From Carcharhinus longimanus (Eukaryota), in NCBI GenBank assembly GCA_030264375.1, contig JASCQW010000119.1, forward strand, positions 8,796,506-8,860,505: a stretch of 64,000 bases of DNA. Direction: 5' to 3'. Shown here one piece after another: positions 29,701 to 44,200 of this stretch. The notes beneath the pieces were generated by a model. The model ran no database searches. It worked only from the letters and a program-made list of their open reading frames with translations, and was not told where the DNA came from. How positions within the stretch are numbered: position 1 is the stretch's first letter; every line of letters begins with the position of its first letter. Both the position numbers and the translations under genes were made by a program.

Positions 29701-32229
29701 TTGTCTAATTTCGGGGACAAAAGTTGACTGAATATCACTTCAATTTAGCGAACAATATGATGGGTATAAACGTTTTTCATTACAGTATACGCAATTCAGG
29801 AAGACACAAACAACACATTTCATCATAATTTACATTTAATAAAATAACATCCTCGTCCGTATTACAGAACTAAGCAGTCGCCTCCAAACGGAAAATGATA
29901 CAAGTAAGCAAAACATACTTCTACCATGCTGTTTTTTCCATCTTCTGCTATATTGTTAATGTATCAGCAAAATACTTCCTAGGCTGCATGCTAGTTGGAC
30001 GTAGCTTGTTCCGTGTTTAACTTTTTCAATAGCATTCCATAATATCTCACAGAAGAGAGTAGTAAACAAGAGTTGAGAACATAAGATAGATGTGAATATT
30101 ATGACACAGGTTGTGAACGAGTTAATCGGAAGTTCCCATAAAGTAGGACAAAAATTGTCATTTTCGTTTTGGCATGGTGCAATGCATGAACTGTCGCAAG
30201 GATTCCGGTTGGGTCTCCAGCAATTCCGAAACTAATCAATAATTTGAAGGCAATTACAAAAGATAATGTTTCCAAAAGTGATGACAACACAAAAATATGA
30301 GTACGAGTTGTGATGCTGATAAAACAAAACCTGAAGAGAATTTACATTGGCCCAGAAAGTGAGAAATAATGGCAGGTGATTTAAACTGTGAACAAAGGGT
30401 AAAATGCCCACTTTAGAAGGGCACGGAAATTATAACGTGATAGTGAAACTGGAATTGCTTGGCCATCAACGTTTCCTCATGTATCAGTGAAAGGGAACAC
30501 ATAGACACGAGGAACAATAAAGGAGATGAAGATTTGGTCTTGTATATTGCAAACTGAGTTATTTGAGTGCAGGAATAAAAGTTCCTTATTACATTTATAT
30601 TGAACCTTTGCAAAACTGCAATTGGAGTTTTGTGCATTCTTACCTCATGGCAGATGCACCAACAATGGCCTGAATAAAAATAAATTTACCAGATTGCATA
30701 TTGCGCGTTACTCAGATGAGATTGTTTTCAAACTTTCAAGAATTGGAGCTTATGTACTTATGACATTGTTACCTTCATGCCATCGTTTTTGCAACATGAA
30801 TGTTTTAACGTGCTTGACTATGTTCAATCAATCAAGCCCAGAAAACCAACTTTAATTTTCATTAATTCTGCTGGTTTGCCATCCATTCTTTAACAGAAGA
30901 GAAACTCAATACAACGGAAAAAGGTAACTATTATTGCACTAAAGTGTTAATTAAGAAAACAAAATGCCCACTGAAATTATATCACTTCAGAACAGATCTT
31001 AAATTGCATGTTTTCAGAGCCGATGTTCCATGTAATGTGCTTCTTGTGGCAAGGCATAATATCAAGTATGTGCTAGTTAGATGGGTTGGTCATGATATGT
31101 TTTTTTTTCCCTTCTTGTCAAGGGTTTTAGCAGGGTAAATATATTCGCTAACAAGTATAGGGCCTGGGTGGAAGTTTTGTTGTTCAATCTCGATGGGGCT
31201 CCTTCTGTCCTCCACGAATTATATGTTTCTACGATAATATAACATGCTTAAGCCGGTGTGAGAATACCGATCTACTTGTGTGTTAGCGTTGGACGTTGCT
31301 GTGAGCATGTGAAGACATTAGAACCACGTATGACAATATACACGTTGATGCCATGACAATACAAATTGAATTCATTTTGCCTAGTGTATGCAATCCTCTT
31401 CAAATTCGAATAATGTCATAAAATACTGAAAACTGTTTCGTAACAAAGAGAGATTCTGTTATCTTTAGCCGGATTTAAAAAAAAGATGCGATGGGACAGA
31501 GTGTTTAGGATGCATGGATAAACACCGTGATTAATCTATCTAATTTTGCTAGAAAGTATGAATTATTGTTGGGAATCGGATGCAATATGGTTGTACGGAA
31601 TTGATGTCTAAGCCATTAAATTCGTGTCTTTCAGAACTGGAAAAATGCAAAGAGGCTTTAAAGAAATCAGGTTGATTCTTTTATTTTGGTAGCTCTGCCA
31701 AATAATTGTTGCCCCAATAAAAAAAAACATGTCCTTGATTCGAAATCAGATTTAACAAAACCGTTATAACATACGTGTAAAACCGTGCTTGATTCAAGAT
31801 CCAGTGGGGACAATACAGTTAATTTTATGGGGTGTGCAGCCTTTGAATTTGTTTTCATTCCAGCAGTTGCATGAACACGCCTTGCAATTACTTTTCTCGC
31901 CTACCTGAAAGTACCTAAAGCACAGCTTTGCACCCTGCAGTAAAATAGCTTTCTTTTCCGCAGATTATGTGTTATGTTGTGGCCTGCCAGATCATAGATG
32001 AACCTGCGGTCACTTGTGTACTTTCCAAGGGTAGCGACGCATTCAATCTTCATTCGCATTCGGAAGGGAATGTGAACAATCACAATGGGTATAATACACA
32101 ATTGTTCGCACAATTCTGAGAAATGTTACCTGTAACCTTACTTTCGAAGTATTTCAGAAATATACATGATAAGTGTTCTGAATGCTTTACTGCACGAAAA
32201 AGTACTGAATAGAAATAATGCATGTATTT

Positions 32230-32267
<38 letters not shown>

Positions 32268-35200
32268 TGTNNNNNNNNNNNNNNNNNNNNNNNNNNNNNN
32301 NNNNNNNNNNNNNNNNNNNNNNNNNNNNNNNNNNNNNNNNNNNNNNNNNNNNNNNNNNNNNNNNNNNNNNNNNNNNNNNNNNNNNNNNNNNNNNNNNNNN
32401 NNNNNNNNNNNNNNNNNNNNNNNNNNNNNNNNNNNNNNNNNNNNNNNNNNNNNNNNNNNNNNNNNNNNNNNNNNNNNNNNNNNNNNNNNNNNNNNNNNNN
32501 NNNNNNNNNCAATATTTTCTATCGAATGAACATGCGTTGTTAGCCCTGGATGCAACCTCTCCACGTAGCGTCGTCTGCTTCATGAACACAGCAAATGCAT
32601 CGGAAAATCCGGGTAGAACAGGGGGAATGACTTGAATACGATAATCTGCCAGAGAGTCACTGGGGCCTCTATGTGCCGTATAGACTTTTATGCAGCGTTG
32701 TTTCTGTATTCTATGATGGCGTAACGCATTTGAAAAAAAAAACTGCTCTAAGTTGCATGTATTATCACATGCAAAATGGACGTTTGCCGAGCAGCATGTT
32801 ACTGACCTTTACCACCAAAGGCCAATATTGTCCAATTTATGCAAACCAGGTGCATATGACTATATGCGTGTCTATAACTCACTGTTCCACGTCACTACGT
32901 GAAGTACATATTTACTTAAGATTATTGTTTTATTTTAGTTTGCTACAGCGAGGTGACATTGTCTGTTCAACACAAGTAAATTTCCATATGCATCAGTAAA
33001 ACAAAGTTTTTTTTTTCTGATTCATCAATTCTTCAGAGAAAAATGCTGCAAATAAGGATAAAGGTATCTTTTAGCCTTTGGCTGTTAAATAAAACGTCAA
33101 TTATGTATATATTTCTATATGTGTGTACATATAATATATGTTTGAAAACAAGATGATAGGTTGACTGATAGAGTGGCACGAAAACAGGAAAACACGAAGC
33201 CAGATAACAGGAAATAAGGTAGTTGTGATGACCGATGCACTTTCATTTCATCAAGTTCATAGCTGTAATGTGAGATCAAAAGACATAGAAACCTCGGAAA
33301 AGTAGAAGCGGCGGCAAGTCATGCGGACCTTTGAGATAGCACCTGCATTAATGTTGATCAAGGCCGAACATCAAATTCAATATCATGATAACGACGCCCC
33401 GTCGCCATATATAAAAAAAAGGTGGTCACTTTATTCCAAACAGCTGTATATAATTTAATCACACAATATTTTATCCTAGACTTCGCTCTGTGGTACTGAC
33501 TTCTGCAGATCTATCAAATTCTGGGTAAAGTATTTTCTTCTCACATCAGTTTTAAACGTTTTGCACCTGACACTCCTGGACTGGAGTCCACGCCATCGAG
33601 ACCATTATTTCTTAATCCAAACTGTTTAATCCTATCATATTGTTACAAGTTTCAAGAAGATTCTCCGTCACTCTTCTAAACACCAACGAACATATTCCGA
33701 AATGATAATCTTTGTCACCTTATAACGGCCTAGCACATCAGGAAACAGCCTGATAAAATTCGCTGATCTCCTTGTATGTCAAGAATATCCTTCCAGAAGT
33801 AAGCACGCCGAAATTGCGTGCATTACTTCAACAGTGGCTTCACGAACACTCTACAAAATTGCAGCGTTGTAAACCTCCCTTTCTGTTCACTCAAAGATTC
33901 TTGCTGCTATGGCCAACATAGCAGATTAATTATTTCCTGCCTGCGGTACTTGCATGTTTCGTTTTACAGAACAATGCACGAGGGCAGCAAGGTTGCCCTC
34001 CCGTCTCTGATGGCGACACGGACAGCGCAGGGGTCTGGGTTCGATTCCGGGCTTGTCTCACTATGTGTGCACATTCTGCATGTTTCCCCTTTGTCTGCGT
34101 GGTTTTCTTCCGGGCGGTCCGTTTCCCTTCCTGAGTCCGAATGACGTGCTGGTTCGGTGCACTGGCCGTGCTAAATTCTCTTGCAGCGTATCCCATAAGG
34201 GACCGGAGTTTGGCGACTGCGAAATATTCACAGTAACTTCACAACCGTACTAATGCAAGCCTCTTGTGACTATTACATAAACTTAAACTTATTGAAATCA
34301 CACTCATGCATATTTCCTTGGCTCTGCCATTCAAGTATGATGTCATCTTTATGTTTAGTATGTGAGCTCCGCATTCAGAATTGTAAGCGTAGATGGTGTA
34401 TTCCCTCCATGTCGCAGATCAATTGCCGGAAAACTAGCTGAACATTCAAAATTATTTTCGTGCTCGAACAGCTGCAAAAATGCGAAGTTATCCATGACTT
34501 GTTTGACAGATCTATGCAACTTCACAGAATAACTAACTGTGGGGATAACACTGGATAGAATGCAACAGCACAATAATTATTCCAGCAGGACCAGTCATGT
34601 TCAATAACTGACTTTTCTTACGCCTGAATTGTTTTGATGTCTAGAAATGAGGATTTTACTTGGCTAACTTTTGACTTCATGCATTAGCACGATGTTTTTC
34701 TTTTCAATTATACAAGAATGCCTGAGATTCCAGGGCAGTTTCCAGAGATAGCCGTGATAGATCATGGGCTGTTTAATTTAAGATTTTGGACTCGAAGATC
34801 TCCAACAAGTAACCACCTGCAGGTGCGCAGAATCAATGCAAAGTTATGCGCAGAATCAAGAGGCATTCCTTTCCAAACATTGGCAATTTCGTTACACTAA
34901 GGGTCTTGAGTTCTTATCAGTAAATCAGTAAGACAAGACTTTGAGCAGACATCTCTGAATGTAGGATGGTTTCTTGATGCTATCACCTCAGAGAAAACCA
35001 GGGGGAGTAAAACAAAATCTGAAAATTCAAATCGCAAGGTACAAGGCATGGAACAGGAGCAGGCCTCGCCACACCCACCCAGATCCCAGCCCACGACCCC
35101 AAGCCTCTTCTGATAATGATGCTCTAAATTAACTAAAAATGAGCCTTCTGCCCTTAGTTGGTCCATGTGCTTCTATTCTGTCGGCACTGATGCAGTCAAC

Positions 35201-38200
35201 GTGATAACACTTAAATGCTGCTTTTGTGCCCGCTTCCACAACTTCCACTGGCAGCCCATGCACCTATCATTCTCTGCATGAACAAAGAACAGCGTGGCAC
35301 ATCTCCGTTAAAGTTTCCTCCCCTGAACTTGAACCTGTGAATTGTAATCGGCATTTACCGATTCAGAAAAAAAAACAACTGAGCATTCACCTAGCTCTTC
35401 TTCTAATAACATAATATATCTTTATCTGGTCTCCTCTCAGCCACCGACTGTGCAGTAAAATAAAAAATCAAATTTGTTCAAACTCTTCTCGTAGCCGACA
35501 ATCTTGTGACCAAGCAACAGACAAGTGAACATACTCGAACTCTCTCAAATGTTTCCACGACTTGCGAGTAGTTTGATGAACAGGACTGCATCCAATACTC
35601 CAAATGTGGCGTTAGAAAATGATAATATAGCAGCAGCATATTTTCCTAACTCTTGTACTCAAGATCCCAGCTGATGAATTCATGCATGACATGGCTTTTC
35701 TTAATAGCACTGGCCACCTTTGTTGCCACTTAGGAAATTGTGGACAGTCACGACCATTTCATTTTGCATGTTATTGTTCCAAATTCTTCTGCCCATTACA
35801 GTATAATTTGTTGAACTAGGATTATTCAGCTTACCTTTTGGTTGCGAGTAAAACCATTCAACATCACATTTTCTTTTTTTTTCCCATCGGTGCTTGGTTC
35901 GACTCAACGATGGAATTATTTTGAATGTCTGTGTAAAACGTAACTCGGAAACTTTACTGCCAGCTTGAAGTACTGCCGGATTTTTATCACTAAGATTCAT
36001 GAAAAACGACAGAAATACATTCTACAGTGCTCTGTACACCATGCGATGGTATAATCCTCAGTGTCCCAGTGTAATCAATTAGCAAGAGCAGTTTGCATGT
36101 CGACAGATGAAGTAAAAGCTCGCTGAAGCAAAAGTGCATAAGGACATGCCGACAGATTAGCAATGGAACACAATGCGATTTTCAGTGACAAGTGGTTGCA
36201 TGTCAATAGATCAGAACAAAACTCTGTTTTCCTGCCACAACCTCTTGTCATTGTTGATTAGATTTTATGTATTTAAAGGTAGGAGACGTTCCACAACAAT
36301 CAGAAAGATGTGTGTTGCTGAATTAAGTTAAACTGACAACTTTGAAACATTTATCAACAGGCCAGTAAAAGGACTGGGGAGATGAAGTGCATGATCCATT
36401 TCTGATACTCCCTAATGTCAGCAACATCAGATTTGCAAGTCATCATCCAATTGCATTCACACCAAGTAAAATAAATTCCAGGCAAAGTGTACTTTATGAT
36501 GCTAACTATATGAATCCTGAAAATATTCAGGTCAATGATGAGACATACTCTGGAAATATCGATGCCTGCTGTACAAGATCCCACTCTAAATACAAAACAA
36601 GCATCGATAGAACAATGGGCAAGGGACCGAATCTGTATTATGTGCGTATTCAGAAGGTGCACTTCGCAGGTTACAACAGAATGTAAGTGCTCATGCATAA
36701 ATGAATGGAACATTGTTTGGCTAATAGGAAATAAGGATTATACTCAGTTTAGTCATTTTAGGATCAACACGAGTTGTCGAATGGGATACTGCAGATACTT
36801 GTACCAGAACTTCAGAAATTACGCTTATATGCCAATGACTTGGAAGGGACATATAAGTACCTAAGGACACAACGAAAGTTAACAAAGTAATTGAGGAAAA
36901 CGGAATCGTGAGTTTACAAAGTGACATAGTTCGGTAAAGTCAATGGTCAAAAATGTTCCAAGTTCACTATAATGACTGGAAATGTGTATGGTGCATTGTG
37001 TGTATCGGAAACTGTCCATTTATATGTGGAGAAATAGCTGGAATCAGTGAAATAGAAACATCAGGGTGGCCTTGCACATTCATCAGAAACAAAAGAAGGC
37101 TGCAAGTATTTCAGGAGATTAGGAAATAAAAGGGGTATTGCGTGTTTTTTTTATAGTAGGCATAAGATTTGGAAATATGTATTGCACATTCTGAGGAATT
37201 TGTTAAGACCTGGTATTCAACTCTGCAATCTATATTAAGGTATAATTATGGATGTGTTACAAATTGAAGTAGACGCTTAGCTGTAATGTGAAATCGGAGC
37301 AAGAGTGGGCAGGGAATATGAAGCAAATGTTTATTGTACAAAGTGTGTCTGAATTAATTGCAGCATTGGAAGTTACCTTTTTTTTTGGGGGGGGGAGCTT
37401 TTCGCAGGGCTTGCTAAAAGGGCGGCCTCCCAAATGGTGGAGGCTTACNNNNNNNNNNNNNNNNNNNNNNNNNNNNNNNNNNNNNNNNNNNNNNNNNNNN
37501 NNNNNNNNNNNNNNNNNNNNNNNNNNNNNNNNNNNNNNNNNNNNNNNNCTTGCTAAAAGGGCGGCCTCCCAAATGGTGGAGGCTTACTTTTAGACATTGA
37601 TTACAGCCTACAGGTCACGCAGTTAAGGTTGACATTTGCATTTTTTTTTCTCCTCACAATGCCAGAACGCTTTGGTAATTTATTAACGTTGACATCCTCA
37701 TTCCTTGACCCGAGAAAATGTTTGCAGCACTCGTGTTTAATAAATACCAACCGACTGAAGAATATATTCTTCACTGCTGCCGTCAGATTTTTGAATGAAC
37801 CTACCTTGCATGAAATTGGACTATCCCGTTCCCTTGTCTATGAACAACATGCTTTATTTGTATAGCGTGCAAAAAGCAGCACTTTTCACTACATGCGGAC
37901 ACACATGACAATAATAAATAAAATCAAAGCAATATCAATTTTCTCTGCCTGCAAATTGTACTCATTATTCGCTGATTGCTTCAATTTCCTAATATTTGCC
38001 TCATTCTGATCAGGAAATTTGGATATACAGATATCGGCAAAGCAATACAGAGATATATCTTGTTCGGTTTCGCAAACCATTAACTTGTATATTTTTCAGA
38101 GTTGGATGAACTGGAGCAGAAGTGCAGTAAGTACTTTCTGGACTTCAATGGTATAGTTTTCATGGATTTGAACCAACTTAATTGTTGCTGAATTCCCATT

Positions 38201-41200
38201 TTCATGGCGGATTAGATATACTAACCATGCACAAAGTAACAGAATGTTGCCGAGAGCATGCACAAATAATGGTTTAGCCTTGGGTAACCGTGTCCACGGT
38301 AAATATGATCTTCTAACATGTTTTCCTAAAGTTTTCCTTCAATCGTGGTCAGAGAATGTTTGGCATATCAAGTACGTAGTAGATTGCCCGGGGTAGGTTA
38401 ATTGTGGACATTACTCGCCCTTCTGTTGCCAGAATACATATGATGAATAATTCCGAGAATATTGTGTGCCGTCCATTCCTTTACAATTTCTGTGAAAATA
38501 AAAAGGACTTGGAATTTGTGAAATCTTTAAATCTGCGCGGATCTTTAATAGCTCAACACTTGGCTGTGTGCACAATGCAGATTACATCAACATTACTTGA
38601 CATAATTTTGTCAGCATATCTATTACGATATTGATAATGAGAACAAAAGTTTAACTCAAAACTGGCATTTACAGTTCGACTACAAATCAACCACGTAATT
38701 TAACTCTTTCAGTGAGGAGGCCTATGTGGTGGCTGAAAAGATGTTTTCATCATGTCAGAATTATTTGTCATAGATTACGAATACATCCTGCCATGTGTGC
38801 GATATTTATACTAATGTCACAGCAAGAAATACAGAGGAATCATAGTCATTCTGCTTAATTGAATAATGTAGACATCACTGCAGCAAATGTTGGGAACAAA
38901 TGAACTACCTTCGTTTGTTCATGTTCTCAGACATTGGTGGGATTTACTTATCTTCACGTACTTTCTGAAAAACAAATGCAAATATCTAAGGATATGTATC
39001 AAACGACTGAAAAAAAAAGATTACCTTCCTTGCTGTCATTAAATTTTGATTGGACCTTCCTTGTATTAATTTAATCTTTTTCAAGTTTGATCAAGCGAAC
39101 GCAGGATGATTTCATGAAGGGAAAGTCGTGGTTGAGAAACTTACTGTATTTTTATGAAGACGTAACGTGTGTGGTTGACAGAGGAGAACTGGTGGATGTG
39201 GTGATTTTAGACTTCCATAAGATGTTCGATAAGGTGCCTCACAAAAGGTTGCTGCAGNNNNNNNNNNNNNNNNNNNNNNNNNNNNNNNNNNNNNNNNNNN
39301 NNNNNNNNNNNNNNNNNNNNNNNNNNNNNNNNNNNNNNNNNNNNNNNNNNNNNNNNNGCTTAGTTAGCGTGGATTGAGGATTGGCTATCTAACAGGGAGC
39401 AGGTGGTTGGAATAAATGGGTGTTTTTCTGACTGGCAGTTGGTGACTAGTGATGTGTCACATGGATCAGTGCTGGGGCCTCAACTGTTTACCATATATAT
39501 CGACAATCTGGAAGAAGAGGTCAAGAGTAGGGTAACAAATTTTGCTAATGACACAAAGATGAGTGGGAACGCGAATTGTGTGGAGGATGTGGAAATTCTG
39601 CAGAGAGATTTGAATAAGTTAAATGAGGGGGCGAGGATCTGGCAGATGGAATATAACGTTCACAAATGTGAGGTTACCCACTTTGGAAGGAATAATAGTA
39701 AAATGGACTACTATTTAAAAGGTTAAAAAAAAAACAAAATCATCATGCAGAGGGACCTGGGCACCCTTGTGCATGAATCGCAGGTGCAGCAGGTGATCAA
39801 GAAGGCAAATGGAATGTTGGCCTTTATCATGAGAGAAATGAAGTATAAAAGTAGGAAGGTCTTGTTGCAATTGTACAAGTGTCTGTGAGGCCGCAACTAG
39901 AGTACTGTGTGCAGTTTTTCGAAAGGATATATTGGTCTTGGAGGGAGTACAGGGAAGGTTCACCAGTTTGAAAACGGAGCTGAGGGGGTTAGCTTATGAG
40001 GAAAGATTGAATAGATTGGGCATGTACTCGTTGGAGTTGAGAAAGCTGAAGGAAGATCTTGTAGAGACATATAAGATAATGAAGGGGCGAGACAGGGTGG
40101 AGGCAGAGAGGTTATTTCCCTTTAGAAAGGAAACAAGAACTAGAGGTCAGAGCCTCAAAATAAGTGGGAGTCAAATTAGAACAGAGTTGAGGAGGAATTT
40201 CTTCTCTCAGAGGGTGTTGAATCCCTGGAATTCTCTGTCCATTGAAGCTGTGAAGGCTAACTCGTTAAATATGTTTAAGTTCCAGGTAGATAGATTTCTG
40301 ATCAGAAGGGAGTTAAGGTTCATGAGGAGCAGGTGGGGAAGTGGAAATAAACCACTATCATATCAGTTCAGCCAGGATCTTATTGAATGGTGGGACAGGC
40401 TAGAGGGGCTAGATGGCCTACTCCTGTTCCCATTTATTATGTTCTTATGCCTTATTTTCTAAATACACTGCCTATGACCGTAATATTGTTTTTTTTTCCT
40501 TTCGTTCTCAATGTCGTGTATGATTTGACTTTGTGGCACAAACAAAACAATGATTGTTACTGTATGTCAATAAATCGAACCCTATTAAATCGAATAAAGA
40601 CAATCAAACTAATACTGAACCATAACACGGGTGAGATGTCTAAACAAGTGCGTTGACATTCCCTGGAATAATCCATTCGGATCATCTCCTGTGGAGCTGA
40701 GAATCGCGATTAGGGTTTCGAGACAAATGGCCTGTTCATTTATGTTAAATATGAGGGGAATTTAGAAAATGAGCTACGCGAATGTTCAGCTACAAAAAAG
40801 TATGCAGTATTGGGCGTTAAACTTTTTTTTATATATATAACCACACCTCCTTGAGATGGTAGCTACTTTACGCAAATATAACTTCAAGCATACCTTCTCA
40901 GGAATGAAAATGATAGCAAAACATAAGCAGTTAAATTTAGAATCATCTGATCAGAGAAAATGAAATCGTTCGGGCATGGAAAAACTCTAACGTATGTCGC
41001 ATTCACCTTACCATTACACTAATTTCTTTTTCTTTCAGGAGAAGAAACCGACGAAAAGAACTTGGGTAAGCTGCGATTTCTCCAAGCTCTTGCCAGGATA
41101 TCAAACTTTATTGAAAATATATCTAAAAAAGTAACTAATGCTTTGACAAGTTAACGGAATAGATTCGATGAAAATAAAATGACAATCTGTGTGTTTCCCT

Positions 41201-44200
41201 TGCAGTTGCGGCAATGCGAAAATAAAACTGCGCAGTCCTGCTTCGTCAGTTTCTTGTCTGAAACATTGCCTGAAGTTTCTTGTCTGAAAATAAGGGTTAT
41301 GGGGAGAAAGCGGGAAAGTGGAACTGATCCACTTCAGATCAGCCATGATCTTGTTCAATGGCGGGGCAGGCTCGAAGGGCTAGATGGCCGATTCCTGCTG
41401 CTATTTCTTATGTTCTTATGTTCTTTTTTACATATGCTACTTCGCTGAAAAGCAAATTTAAACATGTTCTCTAATTTGTCAATATAAATACTTCTGTTTT
41501 TTGTCACTCACTGATTGGCAGATTCGGAAGCAGATCTCAAACCAAAGACAAATGCGCACTTAGGGTCGTACGTCAATTATCTGCAACCTTCTTTTATTGT
41601 TATTTGCAAAACACCGAACTTTCAAACAGACTACGATCAATGCAAAGAAATAACACTGTAGCATTTCCGACATTGTATTTGATTGCTTTCCTTGGTATAT
41701 TTTGCCACAAATTTGATTGCTTTTTGCCATATAAATTGAGCAGCAATACGAACAAATAAATGAGAAAAACAAACGCTGGCGCCAATCAACACCATCTGAT
41801 TTAAGGTGGCGCAGGTGCCTGGAGAAATCGTGTGAGCAATCCCCAACATGCCTCCAGTTGTATATTTTACTGTTGTTCCAGACTTGTAAAACTGTAATCC
41901 ATCCATTTAAACAAATCTCTATTATTGTTCTAATTTATCCTTGTTCACCTTAAATGATATTGATGTTTCCGGACACCCGAACGATACTGTAATGCTACGG
42001 ACTGCACCTTCTCATTTATTTCGCGGTATGCTTTGTTTGCATAACGCGCAAGAAACAACATTCATTTTCGCCGTAACTAATGTCTGTGGCTATAGTAAAA
42101 TAAATTGAAAAAAAAATACAGTTTCTGACCAATACAATGTCAACGTACGTGCTTCGATTGATTGACACGTTAAAATTAAGGAACGTTTGCAAACAATTAA
42201 TATGCATTAAATAAAATAAGCCGGTGAAATATTTTCTTCTGACATGAATTTTCAGTACTCCAAGACCTCAACAATACTCAGGAAGAATTGGGTGAGAGCA
42301 TTTTTTTTTTAGCTGAACATTAATTATTAATATAAAAAGATATAAAAGCTCAAATTAAGAACAAAATGCAGGAGTTCGGCCAAGTTCAAATTCAATAACA
42401 TATACCCAAGACCTAGTCATATTGGTGTTATATTCAGAGACATTTTGATGTGCTGTTTCGTAAGATGGTTTTGGCACGTTTAATCAAGCAAAATTACAAC
42501 TCTGAACGTCAACGTCAGAGCATTTGAGATTATTCAGGAGGTAAATGCCTTCTTTTTTTTGTGGTGTCGGCAAGAGCGGTCTGGTTGTTATAGATATTAG
42601 CATGTTACCAGCAAGGAAACTTTTTTTTTAGTCATTCCAGGGAGCACTGTGAATTGTGTCCCTTATCTGTCGGATAACATAGATATTGGTGTTGGCTCAA
42701 AATATTGTTCAATTCTGTGGCAACAATTACATCTCATTCGACAGAGTGCAGTTTTGTCGCAGTGAATGCCACAAGTCGTCAAAGCCACTGCATGTCCGCA
42801 GAAATGTCTACCTCATAATGATTTTCACATTCTAATAATTCAGCGTAGTTCCAAATAATTGGAGAAACAATGGGATGCCCTCTTACTTTTGCGAGTAACA
42901 ATATATTTTTTTATCAACGTCCACTAAAAATACACTTTTTTATTAAAAAAGAACTTAACTGTGGGATCATTTCCCATACATGCTCTCAATGCACAGAAAA
43001 TAAATCAGCAGAACGCCGCGTTGCATACAGTGTCCACCAATTCACTGCTGAGATGCATCATTCCAAAGATCCATATTTTCCCTATATGTGGGTGCAGGTA
43101 CACTGTAATATGTGCTACAATACAAAAAAAAAAGATCGCAATTGCTATCTACATTGGGTGAATATACGTATTGGGGCAATAATACGTCCAGCTTACATAC
43201 CATTTTCCTGATCAGTTTTCTTACAAGGACGATCTGAGACACATGCTGTTTGTCATTGCGATCAGACGTTGAACACTCTAAAAGATTAGCACTATTTTAA
43301 ACCATTATCCTGATCTGAGAGCTTTTTTTTTTACCGAACTCTAGCAAATTCATACATGAAAAGAATCTGTTCCACTTCAAAATTCTCTCCGACGTTTTTC
43401 TTTCAGAAATTCTGAACGGATTAAGCATGTAATTTCAAACAGTCCACTCTGCCATCTTTTCTATGTTTTGTGTTCAATTAGAAGGTGTTTCTTTTCACCC
43501 GAAAAAAAAATCGTACTGTCTGGCAAATAGTTAGCAAGAATGTCTGGGTTTTACTGTTGTTCCAGTGTGAAGCCAATCGATTGGGTGCCCCTATGATTAA
43601 TTGATTGAATTAAGCCGCACAATCCACATCGTGGCCATCAGACTGAGTGAGAGACGCCCCATTTAAAAAAAAAAATCCCTGTCAGATGTTCGCATTCGAT
43701 TTTGACACTTTTATTAAACATCGTGATGATCATTATCAGCGGCATCGACTCCACCTAAGCAAAGTTGTTAGATCCAGTAAACATGGCTCATTTATGATTG
43801 AAAAAAGCGAGTTATGTTGAAAAGCAGCGACACCTTTTCGGCAAGCATTTTTTTTCACTTAAAATCAAAGCTAATACAACGGCATTGCTATGTCACAACA
43901 TTCAATGGACTGTGGTTCATTCTTGATTTCTCCAGAGCAACGTCTCGGGCAAACGGACAGTGTTTGTTAACGCGTGCCACTCTCCCCTTTCAGCCTCAAC
44001 TGCTATAGTGCCTTGAATGTTCGCATTTCTACACTTGTACTGATGAGGGCAAGACAAAAAGCTTGAAAACTTGCCAATGATTTCGGAATTTTAAACAATT
44101 TCCGAGACTGGAATTCATAACTTTACTGAAGTGCAATCGGATGCACAGTCCGAATTAGACAATAATAAAGATAATTAAGAACAGATGAAAGGGAATCACT

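Noticed and set aside
29968-30000. 33-nt in-frame candidate exon (xKYFLGCMLVG)
   Set aside because: Weak donor (gtagct), only 64 nt after exon 9, and composition unlike the array.
36354-36864. Overlapping 99-119 aa ORFs checked as a possible Ig or lectin domain exon
   Set aside because: No Ig or C-type lectin Cys/Trp pattern; the region runs into a decayed CR1 fragment.
37410-37587. Identical ~39-nt repeat flanking an N gap
   Set aside because: Typical scaffolding overlap artefact.
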